Translations under genes and position numbers: made by a program
Notes under the pieces: model-generated
Told to the model about the DNA's origin: nothing
Database searches by the model: none
What the model saw: only the letters and a program-made list of their open reading frames with translations
In this document: piece after piece, positions 29,556 to 39,492 of the stretch
How the letters are laid out: each line of letters opens with the position of its first letter
How positions within the stretch are numbered: the stretch's first letter is position 1
Assembly: GCA_964638865.1 (NCBI GenBank)
Contig: CAZXBG010000006.1
Span: 1 to 50,940, forward strand
Reading direction: 5' to 3'
Source of the DNA: an uncultured Chitinophagales bacterium
GTDB lineage: Bacteria > Bacteroidota > Bacteroidia > Chitinophagales > BACL12
DNA: 50,940 bases

Positions 29556-30449
29556 ATGAAAACATTTTTAACATTTGCCTATATCAGTTTGGTATGCTTC
29601 TTTCAACTGGAAGCGCAAACTACCATTGTTTTGCAGCCACATTATGCCGATGGCAGTAACACTTATGTCAGAAGTAATTTTCCGGAAATTCCTGTTATTG
29701 GTTCTACTGACCTTACTGCTTATGCATGGACCTGTGATGGTGACCTTTGCACAGGGAGGGCGTTTTTTAAAATTGGTTTAGAGGAAATACCCTCAGGCGC
29801 TCTAATAAATTCTGCAAATTTGCACCTTTTTGCTAATACTTCTACCGTTATTGGTTTTGGTGGATCAGAACCGCAGACCGGAAATAATGATGCCTATGTT
29901 TATCGTGTAATTGAAGATTGGGATCATGAAACAGTAACATGGGCTATTCAACCTGAAGTAACTACTGAAAATGCATTAGTATTAGCAGAAAGTACTGATC
30001 CAATTCAGGATTATGTTTTAGATGCAACTTTAATGATACAAGATATGGTTGATAATCCGGCGACCTCTTTTGGATTTACAATTCGATTGGAGGAGGAAGC
30101 CGATTATTACAGTAGTTTAATATTTGCATCTTCCTACCATTTTAATGAGGAGTTGCATCCAAAACTGGTTGTAAATTATACTATTCTTGATGCAATAGAA
30201 ACTGTTAAAGTTCCTTCATTTAATATTTTTCCAAATCCTGCAAATAATAATTGCACAATTGTATTTAATGATATAACTACAAATATTTCAGAAATTAGAA
30301 TTTGCGATATCGTTGGAAATGAAATAATGAAAGTTGAGGTTCCTGCAGGTGTAACACATTATAATTGTGAATTTGAAAATTTATCGACGGGAATGTACTT
30401 TGTGTATTCAGACAACATGGCTGCAAGTAAATTGCAGATCATTCGATAA
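29556..30449 (+). CDS. Secreted DNRLRE/CBM96-like domain protein with a T9SS type A sorting domain
   Basis: Signal peptide; TTIVLQP...RAFFKI...IPSGALINSANLHLF...EDWDHETVTW...HPKLVVNY; C-terminal domain FNIFPNPA...LSTGMYFV. Confidence 0.78.
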   Translation: MKTFLTFAYISLVCFFQLEAQTTIVLQPHYADGSNTYVRSNFPEIPVIGSTDLTAYAWTCDGDLCTGRAFFKIGLEEIPSGALINSANLHLFANTSTVIGFGGSEPQTGNNDAYVYRVIEDWDHETVTWAIQPEVTTENALVLAESTDPIQDYVLDATLMIQDMVDNPATSFGFTIRLEEEADYYSSLIFASSYHFNEELHPKLVVNYTILDAIETVKVPSFNIFPNPANNNCTIVFNDITTNISEIRICDIVGNEIMKVEVPAGVTHYNCEFENLSTGMYFVYSDNMAASKLQIIR

Positions 30450-30456
30450 TGAATTA

Positions 30457-32178
30457 TTACCAACCTGTTGCAACATCATCACCCCTTGTATCTGCGCCAC
30501 CCTCCAAGGTGTTATTTTCATAAATTAATATTGCATCCACTCTTCCCATTACATCGCGAGAAACTATTTTATAGCCTTGTGCAGTTAATGCATCAGCAAT
30601 TCTTTTATCAAAATCCCATTCTAATTTAATTTCATCCGGTATCCATTGATGATGAAAACGCGGAGCATTTATACTCTCTTGCATGGTCATATCAAATTCG
30701 ATCACGTTAATAATATTTTGAAATACACTTGTAATTATCGTGGAACCACCGGGGGTTCCAACTACCATAAAAAGTTTATTGTCCTTTAACAGAATAGTTG
30801 GTGTCATGTTGCTTAGCATTCTTTTATTAGGTTCAATTGCATTTGCTTCGCCACCAATTAATCCATATAAATTCGGCTCTCCCGGTTTTGCACTGAAGTC
30901 ATCCATTTCATTATTTAAAATAAATCCGCATCCGGAAACCACAATTCTGGAACCATAACTATCATTTAAAGTAGTAGTAATTGCCACGGCATTTCCAAAT
31001 TGATCAACAATACTAAAATGCGTTGTTTCTTCGCTTTCATAATCGGGAAAATTACCCGCTGCAATTTTTTCAGAGGGTATAATATTAATAGTATCAACAT
31101 TAAACATTCTTTCGGATGTATATTTTTTTGATATTAACTGTTGCACCGGAACTTTTGTAAAATCTGGATCTCCCAACCATGTTGCCCTATCGGCATAAAC
31201 TCTTTTTTCTGCTTCCACCATTATGTGAATAGCATTTAACGAATGAAATCCCCATCGTTTTAAAGGATAATTTTCCATCATATTTAACAATTGAATTAAT
31301 GCAACTCCTCCGGCCGAAGGTGGTGGCATGCTAATCACTTTAAAGTTTTTATAAGTTCCGGAAACAGGAGTTCTCCAAATACTGTGATAATTTATCAAAT
31401 CATTTGAGGTAATAATACCATTTTGCGTTTTCATTTCCTGTACTATCTTTTCTGCAACTTCACCACTATAAAATCCATCTCTTCCTTTATCGCGAATTGT
31501 TATTAAAGTTTTTTCGAGATCTTTTTGAATTAAAGTATCTCCTCCAACCCATTTTGTTTTAATGAAATAATTCTTTCCCTTATTTAATTCTTTTAATTCA
31601 TTTTGTAATCCATTAAGTTCATCCGCCTGATTCTCTAAAAGTGGAAATCCTTTACCGGCGAGTTCAACAGAGGGCTGCACTAATTTATCCCACGACATAG
31701 ACCCATATTTTTGATGAGCAGTCCACATACCATCCACACTTCCGGGAACACCCGAAGCAAGGTGGGAGGTTTCAATTATTTTTCTATCTACCTCTCCGCT
31801 GGCTTTATCTATAAACATATCTTTCGAAGCTGCGGAAGGAGCTTTTTCTCTGAAATCGAGGGCATTCGTTTCTCCGGTATTTAAACGCAGCAGCATAAAA
31901 CCACCTCCACCCAAATTTCCTGCATTAGGATATACAACTGCAAGTGCAAATTGAACTGCTATAGCAGCATCAATAGCATTACCACCCTCTTTTAAAATAT
32001 TTATTCCAACTTCTGCTGCCTCAGGATGGGCACAAACAACCATTGCGGAGTCCGATAAAACGCCATGAATGCGGTTCTGTAAAAAATGATCAGACGGAGT
32101 TTGTTGTTGTTGGGCAGTTTGGTTCGAAGACGATGAACAACTGAGGAGGAATACAAATGCAATAATAAATAAACGCAT
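30457..32178 (-). CDS. ggt: Gamma-glutamyltransferase (lipoprotein)
   Basis: Lipobox LLSC; GGNAIDAA; DFREKAP; autoprocessing site E-TTHFSIVD; LNNEMDDF; GTPGG. ATG 32178 is the likely start. Confidence 0.95.
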   Translation of the reverse strand: MRLFIIAFVFLLSCSSSSNQTAQQQQTPSDHFLQNRIHGVLSDSAMVVCAHPEAAEVGINILKEGGNAIDAAIAVQFALAVVYPNAGNLGGGGFMLLRLNTGETNALDFREKAPSAASKDMFIDKASGEVDRKIIETSHLASGVPGSVDGMWTAHQKYGSMSWDKLVQPSVELAGKGFPLLENQADELNGLQNELKELNKGKNYFIKTKWVGGDTLIQKDLEKTLITIRDKGRDGFYSGEVAEKIVQEMKTQNGIITSNDLINYHSIWRTPVSGTYKNFKVISMPPPSAGGVALIQLLNMMENYPLKRWGFHSLNAIHIMVEAEKRVYADRATWLGDPDFTKVPVQQLISKKYTSERMFNVDTINIIPSEKIAAGNFPDYESEETTHFSIVDQFGNAVAITTTLNDSYGSRIVVSGCGFILNNEMDDFSAKPGEPNLYGLIGGEANAIEPNKRMLSNMTPTILLKDNKLFMVVGTPGGSTIITSVFQNIINVIEFDMTMQESINAPRFHHQWIPDEIKLEWDFDKRIADALTAQGYKIVSRDVMGRVDAILIYENNTLEGGADTRGDDVATGW

Positions 32179-32244
32179 GGTGTGAAGATAAGGGTTATTT
32201 GAAATGGATAAAAACTTCATACCGAAAAAACGCCAACAGATGCT

Positions 32245-32252
32245 TATTTTTG
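32245..32252 (+). promoter_or_regulatory. -7 promoter element for the putative ether-lipid operon
   Basis: TATTTTTG lies 32 nt upstream of ATG 32285. Confidence 0.5.
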
Positions 32253-32284
32253 AGCATAAAATTTATGGAGATCTTTGTCCCGAT

Positions 32285-33538
32285 ATGCCTGAAGCCGTAA
32301 ACTATATCATTTATTCCATTCCTGTTTTTTTTCTGTTAATCGGAATAGAATTGTTATTCGATAAGCTTAACAAAACCGGTTATTACAGGTTGAATGATGC
32401 TTTAACAAATATTAATGCAGGAATAACGGAACAAGTTACCGGTGCATTTTTAAAGGCCTTTGTTGTTGGAATTTATGCCTGGATGTTTGACCATTATAAA
32501 TTGTTTACAGTACCAAATACGATTTTAACCTGGGTGTTTTTATTTATCGCAATTGATTTTTTTTATTATTGGTTTCATCGCCTCGCGCATGAAGTGAATG
32601 TTTTGTGGGGAGGACATGTGGTGCATCATCAAAGTGAGGAATACAACTTAAGTGTTGCATTGCGCCAGGGTGCTTTCCAAAAATTCGGATCCTTTCTTTT
32701 TTATTTGCCACTTGCTTTTTTGGGGTTTAATCCTGTGTTATTTATTGTAATAAGTCAGTTTCAAACATTGTATCAGTTTTGGATTCACACAAAAACGATA
32801 AAATTATTACCGGCACCTTTTGAATATATTTTTAATACGCCTTCACACCACCGGGTGCATCACGGAAGAAATCCGAAATATATAGATAAAAATCACGGTG
32901 GCACATTAATTATCTGGGATAGATTATTTGGAACTTTTCAAAAGGAAGAGGAAGAAGTAATTTACGGTATTACCAAACCATTAAACACCTGGAATCCGCT
33001 AAGGGCGCAGTTGGATTTTTGGAAAGATCTGGCTATTGATCTGAGGCATACCCATAAGTTCAGCGATAAATTAAAGCTGTTGTTTCTCCCTCCGGGATGG
33101 CTGCCGTCTGAACTTGGAGGCCCAAAATTTGCACCGGAAATTACACCTGAAACAGCGGTAAAATACGATACCAGAATACCGGTCGGTTTAAATTATTATG
33201 TATTAATACAATTTGTATTTATACTGACATTTACCTCTTATTTTTTATTCTCCTTCGACAATTTTAATATTCTTACCAATGTACTTTTTATGCTGTTGAT
33301 ATTGTTATCAGTTACTGCGGCAGGGCTCATTCTTGAAGCAAATAGAAATGCATTTTTTGTCGAAATATTTCGACTGATAATAACCATTTTTTTCTATAAT
33401 TATTTATTGCAAAACAATATTATAACCAATTTTTCGGGATTTGATCTGTTTGTATTAATGGCCATTAATCTTATTTCACTGGTTATTTTTACTCCGTTTA
33501 AAAATGTTTTTTCAAAAAAGGTACATGAAAATAAATAA
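32285..33538 (+). CDS. Alkylglycerol monooxygenase-like membrane di-iron enzyme (sterol desaturase/fatty acid hydroxylase superfamily)
   Basis: His boxes YYWFHRLAHE, HVVHHQSEEYNLSVALRQ, YQFWIHT and NTPSHHRVHHGRN; IWDRLFGTF; YGITKP; PPGW; AGMO-type hydrophobic C-terminal extension ending EIFR. Confidence 0.85.
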   Translation: MPEAVNYIIYSIPVFFLLIGIELLFDKLNKTGYYRLNDALTNINAGITEQVTGAFLKAFVVGIYAWMFDHYKLFTVPNTILTWVFLFIAIDFFYYWFHRLAHEVNVLWGGHVVHHQSEEYNLSVALRQGAFQKFGSFLFYLPLAFLGFNPVLFIVISQFQTLYQFWIHTKTIKLLPAPFEYIFNTPSHHRVHHGRNPKYIDKNHGGTLIIWDRLFGTFQKEEEEVIYGITKPLNTWNPLRAQLDFWKDLAIDLRHTHKFSDKLKLLFLPPGWLPSELGGPKFAPEITPETAVKYDTRIPVGLNYYVLIQFVFILTFTSYFLFSFDNFNILTNVLFMLLILLSVTAAGLILEANRNAFFVEIFRLIITIFFYNYLLQNNIITNFSGFDLFVLMAINLISLVIFTPFKNVFSKKVHENK

Positions 33539-34214
33539 TCAGCTATTTCTTAATTTGTATATGGTTGTTGCCATAATACATATTTATACCCTGATTTCAG
33601 ATAATGAACATTACATCCTAATCTCCAAATATTTGTTGATTCCTATGTTAATGCTGCATGTTATTGTTAATTGCAGAAAAGCTTTAAAGAATGCACTTCC
33701 ATTAATAGTTGGTTTATTTTTTTGTTGGGTGGGTGATGTAATACTCATCTATTCGGATGTTTATGAAAGTTTTTTTATGTATGGCCTTGCTGCCTTTTTC
33801 ATCGGACATATCTTTTACATTTTAAGTTTTAGAAAATATGCACATAAAACAACTTCATTGCTTAAGCGTAAACCATGGATTTTGATATTTCCGTTTTTAT
33901 ACACTATAACATTATTGACAATTGTATTTTCAAACCTGGGTGATATGAAAATTCCCGTGATCATTTATGCATTTGCCATAACAGCGATGTGTATTGCATC
34001 CATTAACAGATCAGGCAGAACGAATCAATATAGTTTTTTGTTTGTATTTGCCGGCGCTTTGTTTTTTATTGCTTCCGATTCGATGATAGCAATAAATAGA
34101 TTTTACAGTGAAATAGCATCCGGCTCTTTATTAATTATGAGCACCTATATTATTGCACAATACCTGATCACGACGGGACTTTTATTGCATATAAACGACC
34201 CTGAAAATTCTTAA
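33525..34214 (+). CDS. YhhN/TMEM86-family lysoplasmalogenase
   Basis: SKYLLIP, GLFFCWVGDVIL, GLAAFFIGHIFY, GALFFIASDSMIA and TYIIAQYLI; multiple TM segments; 14-nt overlap with the upstream gene. Confidence 0.88.
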   Translation: MKINNQLFLNLYMVVAIIHIYTLISDNEHYILISKYLLIPMLMLHVIVNCRKALKNALPLIVGLFFCWVGDVILIYSDVYESFFMYGLAAFFIGHIFYILSFRKYAHKTTSLLKRKPWILIFPFLYTITLLTIVFSNLGDMKIPVIIYAFAITAMCIASINRSGRTNQYSFLFVFAGALFFIASDSMIAINRFYSEIASGSLLIMSTYIIAQYLITTGLLLHINDPENS

Positions 34215-34223
34215 ACCGACTGA

Positions 34224-35069
34224 GTGAAAAGTTATATATTTATATTTCTGATACTATGTTTGACAACAGTAACGGGATGCAAAAATAAAAGTGAATCCGA
34301 ATTGAATTCACCTTTAAAAATTATAGGTCACGGGGGTTCGGGATTTGAAACTTTTTTCAGTCAGCTTCCTGCTAATACACTTGCAAGTTTTGAAAAAGCA
34401 TTAATGGACGATGAAGCTGACGGCATAGAAATGGACATACAATTATCTAAAGATGACGTAGTAGTTGTTTTTCACGATAAATTATTAGACAATAAAACAG
34501 ATCTAGCCGGCCCTGTTCGCGATCAGCTTTTTGCCGAACTGATTAAATGTGATTTTCATGGAGATTTTACAATGTTTTCTAAAGGAAAACACTCTATTTC
34601 CTCACTGGAGCAAATACTCACACAATTTAATGACCAATTACAATCCAAATATTTTTATTTCAATATCAAAGTAGGCGTGCACCCTGATAAGGAAAAGTAT
34701 AAATTGGTAATGAGCGAACAATTAGTAAGAATTATTAATGAATTTGATATACAAAAAAAGGCAATTATTGAAACTTCTGATATCAGCGTTTTGAAACAGA
34801 TTCAATTATTAGACAGTTCGATAATTGTGATGCAAGATATTGGGGATTTTGAAAATGATTTTAAATATGTTTTGGAAAACAACTTCGCGGGTTTGGTGGT
34901 AGAAAATAACAATATCTCTGCTGAGCAGGTAATGTTGGCTCAAAAGTCAGGAAAACGGGTTGTTATTTATGGGGAAAAAACACGCGGTGGAATTAGGGAA
35001 GTATTACATAAAAATCCCGATGTAATTCAAACTGATAAAATTAATCTGACGAAAAGATTAGCAGATTAG
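34224..35069 (+). CDS. Glycerophosphodiester phosphodiesterase-family lipoprotein
   Basis: GTG start; lipobox VTGC; IIGHGG, ANTLASF, GIEMDIQLSKDDVVVVFHD and C-terminal DVIQTD. Confidence 0.85.
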   Translation: MKSYIFIFLILCLTTVTGCKNKSESELNSPLKIIGHGGSGFETFFSQLPANTLASFEKALMDDEADGIEMDIQLSKDDVVVVFHDKLLDNKTDLAGPVRDQLFAELIKCDFHGDFTMFSKGKHSISSLEQILTQFNDQLQSKYFYFNIKVGVHPDKEKYKLVMSEQLVRIINEFDIQKKAIIETSDISVLKQIQLLDSSIIVMQDIGDFENDFKYVLENNFAGLVVENNNISAEQVMLAQKSGKRVVIYGEKTRGGIREVLHKNPDVIQTDKINLTKRLAD

Positions 35070-36052
35070 GTTAATCCATGTTTCCTGTTTCTGATCACAT
35101 TTTCTAAATTCCATTCTATTTTATGATCAAACTCCGCCATACGCACCAAACAATCTGTTTTGAGACAAATTTTGCACATTTCAGGAGGAACACAAGCATC
35201 AATATGCACAAACCATTCGTCAGAAGTTTCATGGTGTTTGTGAATTATAGATTCTACTTTTTCTAATTCGTCGTGTGCTTCTTTAACGGTGAAATAATAG
35301 GGAACGGTTAAATGACTGTCGAAATGCAAATTAGCTCCATATTTAATAACACGCAAATTATGAATGTCGATCCAATTCGCTTCTCTGTTTTTATTTAGTG
35401 TATTAATAATGGAATCCAAAAGTTCTGAATCAGCCTCATCCATAATCCCTGCAACTGACCTTCTCACTATTTTATATCCCTCATAACAAATATAACTTCC
35501 GAATAATATTGCAACTGCACTGTCAATCCATTCATATTGAAAAATATATAGTAATGTTAAACCAACTAGTAGTCCTCCGGTACTCCAACCATCACTTTGT
35601 AAATGTTTCCCTCCGGCAATCAGAGTAAGTGAATGTGCTTTTTTCCCTCTGTTTTCCATGATAAGCCCTAATATAAAATTTACTGCACCCGCGAAGGAGA
35701 TTAAAATAATACCATAACCAATATGTTGTATGGTTTGCGGATAAAATAAATTGAATACAGATTTTCCAACAATTATAATTCCGGCAACTAAAATCATACT
35801 GCCTTCAATACTGGCAGAAATAAATTCAATTTTCCCATGTCCATAAGGATGATCCAGGTCACGTGGTTTTGAAGCAAGTATCAAGCTGTATAAACCAAAT
35901 AATCCTGCAACTACATTTACTATAGATTCAATGGCATCTGTTAAAATAGCATTGGAATGTGTTAGGATATAGGCTGTAAATTTTACAAGCAATAACAAAA
36001 TCGCAACACTGACAACAATTTTTTGAAGATTTACATTTTCTACTTTTCTCAT
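35066..36052 (-). CDS. Cation diffusion facilitator transporter
   Basis: SNAILTDAIES, DHPYGHGKIE, HLQSD, IDIHNLR and a Cys-rich C-terminal tail. Confidence 0.9.
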   Translation of the reverse strand: MRKVENVNLQKIVVSVAILLLLVKFTAYILTHSNAILTDAIESIVNVVAGLFGLYSLILASKPRDLDHPYGHGKIEFISASIEGSMILVAGIIIVGKSVFNLFYPQTIQHIGYGIILISFAGAVNFILGLIMENRGKKAHSLTLIAGGKHLQSDGWSTGGLLVGLTLLYIFQYEWIDSAVAILFGSYICYEGYKIVRRSVAGIMDEADSELLDSIINTLNKNREANWIDIHNLRVIKYGANLHFDSHLTVPYYFTVKEAHDELEKVESIIHKHHETSDEWFVHIDACVPPEMCKICLKTDCLVRMAEFDHKIEWNLENVIRNRKHGLT

Positions 36053-36074
36053 CAGATAACCTCATGTATATTTA

Positions 36075-38888
36075 TTAATGTGCTTGCAGCCAATTGTCTC
36101 CAACACCAACTTCTGCTTCAATAGGAACATTTATCGTTATTGCATTTACCATATTGTCGACAACTAATTTTTTTAATTCCTCTATTTCCTTTTCATGTAC
36201 ATCAAACACTAATTCATCATGCACTTGTAGCAACATAGTTGATTTTAGTTTTTCTTTTTTAATTGCGTGATGAATTTTTATCATCGCAACCTTTATCATG
36301 TCAGCAGCAGAACCCTGAATTGGCGAATTCACGGCAATACGTTCAGCCTGTGAACGAACCGTGTTATTTTGTGAATTAATATCCTTTATATATCGTTTTC
36401 TTCCCAACATGGTTTTTGTATATCCATGCGAGCGTGCAAATTCAATATTGCTTTCCATTAGTGATTTTACGCCTGGAAATTGCATATTATAATTATCAAT
36501 AATCTCCTTTGCTTCGGTTCTGGTAATATTTAAATTTTGTGAAAGTCCAAAAGCAGTTTGACCATAAGCAATTCCGAAATTCACCGCTTTTGCTCTTCCG
36601 CGCATTTCTCTCGTTACTTCATTTAAGGGAACATTAAATACTCTTGCGGCTGTTGCACTGTGAATATCCATTCCCTTTTTAAATGCATCTATCATTCCCT
36701 CATCATTGCTCAATGCAGCAATAATTCTTAACTCGATCTGTGAATAATCTGCACTTAAAATTTTATATTCTTTACTGCGTGGAATAAATGCTTTTCTTAC
36801 CTGTTGCCCGCGTTCGGTCCTTATCGGAATATTTTGCAAATTCGGATTGTTGGAGCTTAATCTGCCGCTGGAAGCTACTGCCTGTGCAAAGGTGGTGTGT
36901 AACCTGTTGGTTTTTGGGTTGATGAGCAGTGGAAGTGAATCAACATAAGTTGATTTTAATTTTTGCAATTCCCTGTAATTCAATAATAAACTTGCAATGG
37001 GATATTTATGTTCGAGTCTTGACAATATATCTTCTCCGGTGGAAAGTTGACCGGTTTTGGTTTTTTGTCCTTCATAAGGAATTTTAAGTTTTAAAAATAA
37101 AACCTCCCCTAATTGTTTTGGTGAGTCAATATTAAATCGAACCCCTGCAATTTCATAGATCTTATTTGCTGATTCTGCAATATCCGTTTCCAGCAACTTT
37201 GAATATTCCTTTAAAAAAGGAACATCTAAATTAATTCCCTCAAACTCCATATCTGCCAATACTTCTATTAACGGAATTTCAACTTCATTATATAAAGTAT
37301 TTAATTCTTCCTTGACAAGCATTGGCTGAAAAAGATGATGTAATTGTAAAGTAATGTCCGCATCTTCTGCCGAATATTCCTTTACTTTTTGTACATCTGC
37401 GTCACGCATACTCAATTGACCTTTTCCTTTTTTGCCGATCAATGTTTCAATGCTCACTGGTGAATATCCAAGATAGTTTTCTGCGAGGTAATCCATTCCG
37501 TGACGAAGTTCAGGCTCTAATAAATAATGTGCAATCATGCTATCCTGAAAAGGACCTGCAACATTTACATGATACCATTTTAATGCTAAATAGTCATATT
37601 TTAAATTTTGAGCAACCTTGGTTTTTGTATTGTCCTCTAAAATCGATTTAAATTCATCCACAATTTTTTGTGCCTCTTTCTGATCTGTCGGAATTGGAAC
37701 ATAATAACCTTCGTGTTCTTTCCAACTGAATGCAAGGCCAACTAATTCGGCAACATTTGCATCAATTCCGGTTGTTTCCGTATCGAAACAAAATATTGTT
37801 TGTTTTTGGAGTTGATTTAACAGGTCTTTTCGTTGTTCCGGAGTGGAAACTAAAATGTAATTGTGTTCAACATTGGTTATATTTTTTCCGGCAACAACTT
37901 CTTCTCTTTCACTTTGAATTTCACTTTTGTTTCCGGTTGATTTTACTGGCTGACCAAAAAGATCTAATTGCTCCGGTTTTTGTTCTGCATTTACGCTATA
38001 TCCTTCTCCTAAAATATCTTTTCCCAGTTTACGGAATTCCAGCTCCTGAAAAATAGCCGCAAGTTTTTCGCGATCGGGTTCTTCGATAATTAATTTATCT
38101 TCTTCAAAATCAACAGGTACATCCAACATAATGGTAGCGAGATGTTTACTCATTAAAGCCTGGTCTTTAAAATTCACCACATTTTCCTGCAGTTTACCTT
38201 TTAATTTATCGGTGTTCTCATACAATCCTTCCACGCTGCCATATTCCTGAATTAATTTTTTGGCAGTTTTTTCACCCACACCCGGAACTCCCGGAATATT
38301 ATCTACACTATCTCCCATCAATCCCAAAATATCAATTACCTGCAGTGGATTTTCTATTTCCCATTTTTTAAGAATATCTTCCAGTGTTACAGTGTCAAAT
38401 CCATTTCCTGTAAAACTGGGTTTGAACATATAAATTCCATCTTCCACTAATTGTCCGTAATCTTTATCCATGGTAACCATGTAAACATCATAACCGGCAG
38501 ATTTTGCTTTTTTTGCAAGCGTGCCGATGATGTCATCAGCTTCATAACCCGGTTTTTCTATCAATGGAATATTAAATGCTCGCACAATTGCTTTGATATA
38601 AGGAATTGCAAATTTGATATCTTCCGGCGTTTCCGCGCGATTCGCTTTATAGTCAGCAAACACTTCCTCTCGCTGCGTTATTTCAATGGAATCGAAACAT
38701 ACTGCAATATGTGTCGAGTTTGTTTTTTTCATCAATAAATTTAGTGTATTAACGAATCCAAGAATTGCAGAGGTGTTTTGTCCCTTCGAATTTATTATAG
38801 GATTTTTTGCAAACGCAAAGTAAGATCTGAATATCAACGCGAATGCATCGAGGAGATATAATTTTTTTTCGTCGGTATTGTTTGACAT
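36075..38888 (-). CDS. polA: DNA polymerase I
   Basis: 5'-3' exonuclease (LLDAFAL, YEADD, GDSVDNIPGVPGVGEKTA); 3'-5' exonuclease FDTETT; ADYSQIELR, AKAVNFGIAYG and LQVHDELVF. Confidence 0.98.
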   Translation of the reverse strand: MSNNTDEKKLYLLDAFALIFRSYFAFAKNPIINSKGQNTSAILGFVNTLNLLMKKTNSTHIAVCFDSIEITQREEVFADYKANRAETPEDIKFAIPYIKAIVRAFNIPLIEKPGYEADDIIGTLAKKAKSAGYDVYMVTMDKDYGQLVEDGIYMFKPSFTGNGFDTVTLEDILKKWEIENPLQVIDILGLMGDSVDNIPGVPGVGEKTAKKLIQEYGSVEGLYENTDKLKGKLQENVVNFKDQALMSKHLATIMLDVPVDFEEDKLIIEEPDREKLAAIFQELEFRKLGKDILGEGYSVNAEQKPEQLDLFGQPVKSTGNKSEIQSEREEVVAGKNITNVEHNYILVSTPEQRKDLLNQLQKQTIFCFDTETTGIDANVAELVGLAFSWKEHEGYYVPIPTDQKEAQKIVDEFKSILEDNTKTKVAQNLKYDYLALKWYHVNVAGPFQDSMIAHYLLEPELRHGMDYLAENYLGYSPVSIETLIGKKGKGQLSMRDADVQKVKEYSAEDADITLQLHHLFQPMLVKEELNTLYNEVEIPLIEVLADMEFEGINLDVPFLKEYSKLLETDIAESANKIYEIAGVRFNIDSPKQLGEVLFLKLKIPYEGQKTKTGQLSTGEDILSRLEHKYPIASLLLNYRELQKLKSTYVDSLPLLINPKTNRLHTTFAQAVASSGRLSSNNPNLQNIPIRTERGQQVRKAFIPRSKEYKILSADYSQIELRIIAALSNDEGMIDAFKKGMDIHSATAARVFNVPLNEVTREMRGRAKAVNFGIAYGQTAFGLSQNLNITRTEAKEIIDNYNMQFPGVKSLMESNIEFARSHGYTKTMLGRKRYIKDINSQNNTVRSQAERIAVNSPIQGSAADMIKVAMIKIHHAIKKEKLKSTMLLQVHDELVFDVHEKEIEELKKLVVDNMVNAITINVPIEAEVGVGDNWLQAH

Positions 38889-38898
38889 TGGTTTTTTA

Positions 38899-38906
38899 CA
38901 AATATA
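38899..38906 (-). promoter_or_regulatory. -7 promoter element for polA
   Basis: The reverse complement TATATTTG lies 10 nt upstream of the polA ATG. Confidence 0.55.
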
Positions 38907-38953
38907 GTTAATTATTAATTAGAATTAAACTTCTTATTCAAAGTCGATATTTT

Positions 38954-38974
38954 AGTCGCAGTCACAGTCACAGT
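38954..38974 (+). repeat. CAGTCR hexamer array, downstream flank of the four-helix-bundle cassette
   Basis: agtcgc-agtcac-agtcac-agt. Confidence 0.8.
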
Positions 38975-39053
38975 TTGTAAATTGTAAGTTTTGAGAATTC
39001 ATTTATAACTTATGAATTAAAAAATAGTTGAGAATGCGAGTATGAAAGTAATA

Positions 39054-39425
39054 TTATTTTTGGAGCATGAATATTTCGGATTTGTTAATCATATAATCTA
39101 ATAACTTTCCAATTTCAAATGATTTTAAAACCAATTCATTAAAAGTCATTTCATCAATATACTTACATGAAAATGCGAAATTTATTCAAACTTGAGTTTC
39201 TGAATTTTCGGCATTGCTATCTGATAGTTTTGAAATGAAATGGTTTTTATATCTTCTCTTTCTATATGCTTCCGCCAAATTAGCACAAACACTTCTTAAA
39301 CTTCTCCTAATTTGATCAGTTAGTGAGTATTTTTCCTTTTTTGGAAAATTCTTAGATAATTCAAAAATACGCATTGATAATTCAAATGCATTTTTATAGG
39401 CTTACAATTGATAAAAATCTGAGAT
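39054..39425 (-). pseudogene. Four-helix-bundle protein (23S rRNA intervening-sequence protein family) pseudogene
   Basis: One frame reads ISDFYQL*AYKNAFELSMRIFELSKNFPKKEKYSLTDQIRRSLRSVCANLAEAYRKRRYKNHFISKLSDSNAENSETQV*INFAFSCKYID...EIGKLLDYMINKSEIFMLQK*. It has in-frame TAA (39402-39404) and TGA (39186-39188), and ATC at the expected start. Confidence 0.85.
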
Positions 39426-39492
39426 GAAATTAATTATTTAAGGTTTAAACAATAAATTAAAATATAAAAAATTAAATATTCTTCAATTACAT

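Noticed and set aside
39054-39425. Stop-codon reassignment, selenocysteine or read-through in the four-helix-bundle gene
   Set aside because: The TGA sits at a position usually occupied by Trp, but the same frame also has a TAA and no ATG start. TGA ends intact genes here (aspS, purH, POT1, POT2), so pseudogenisation is simpler.
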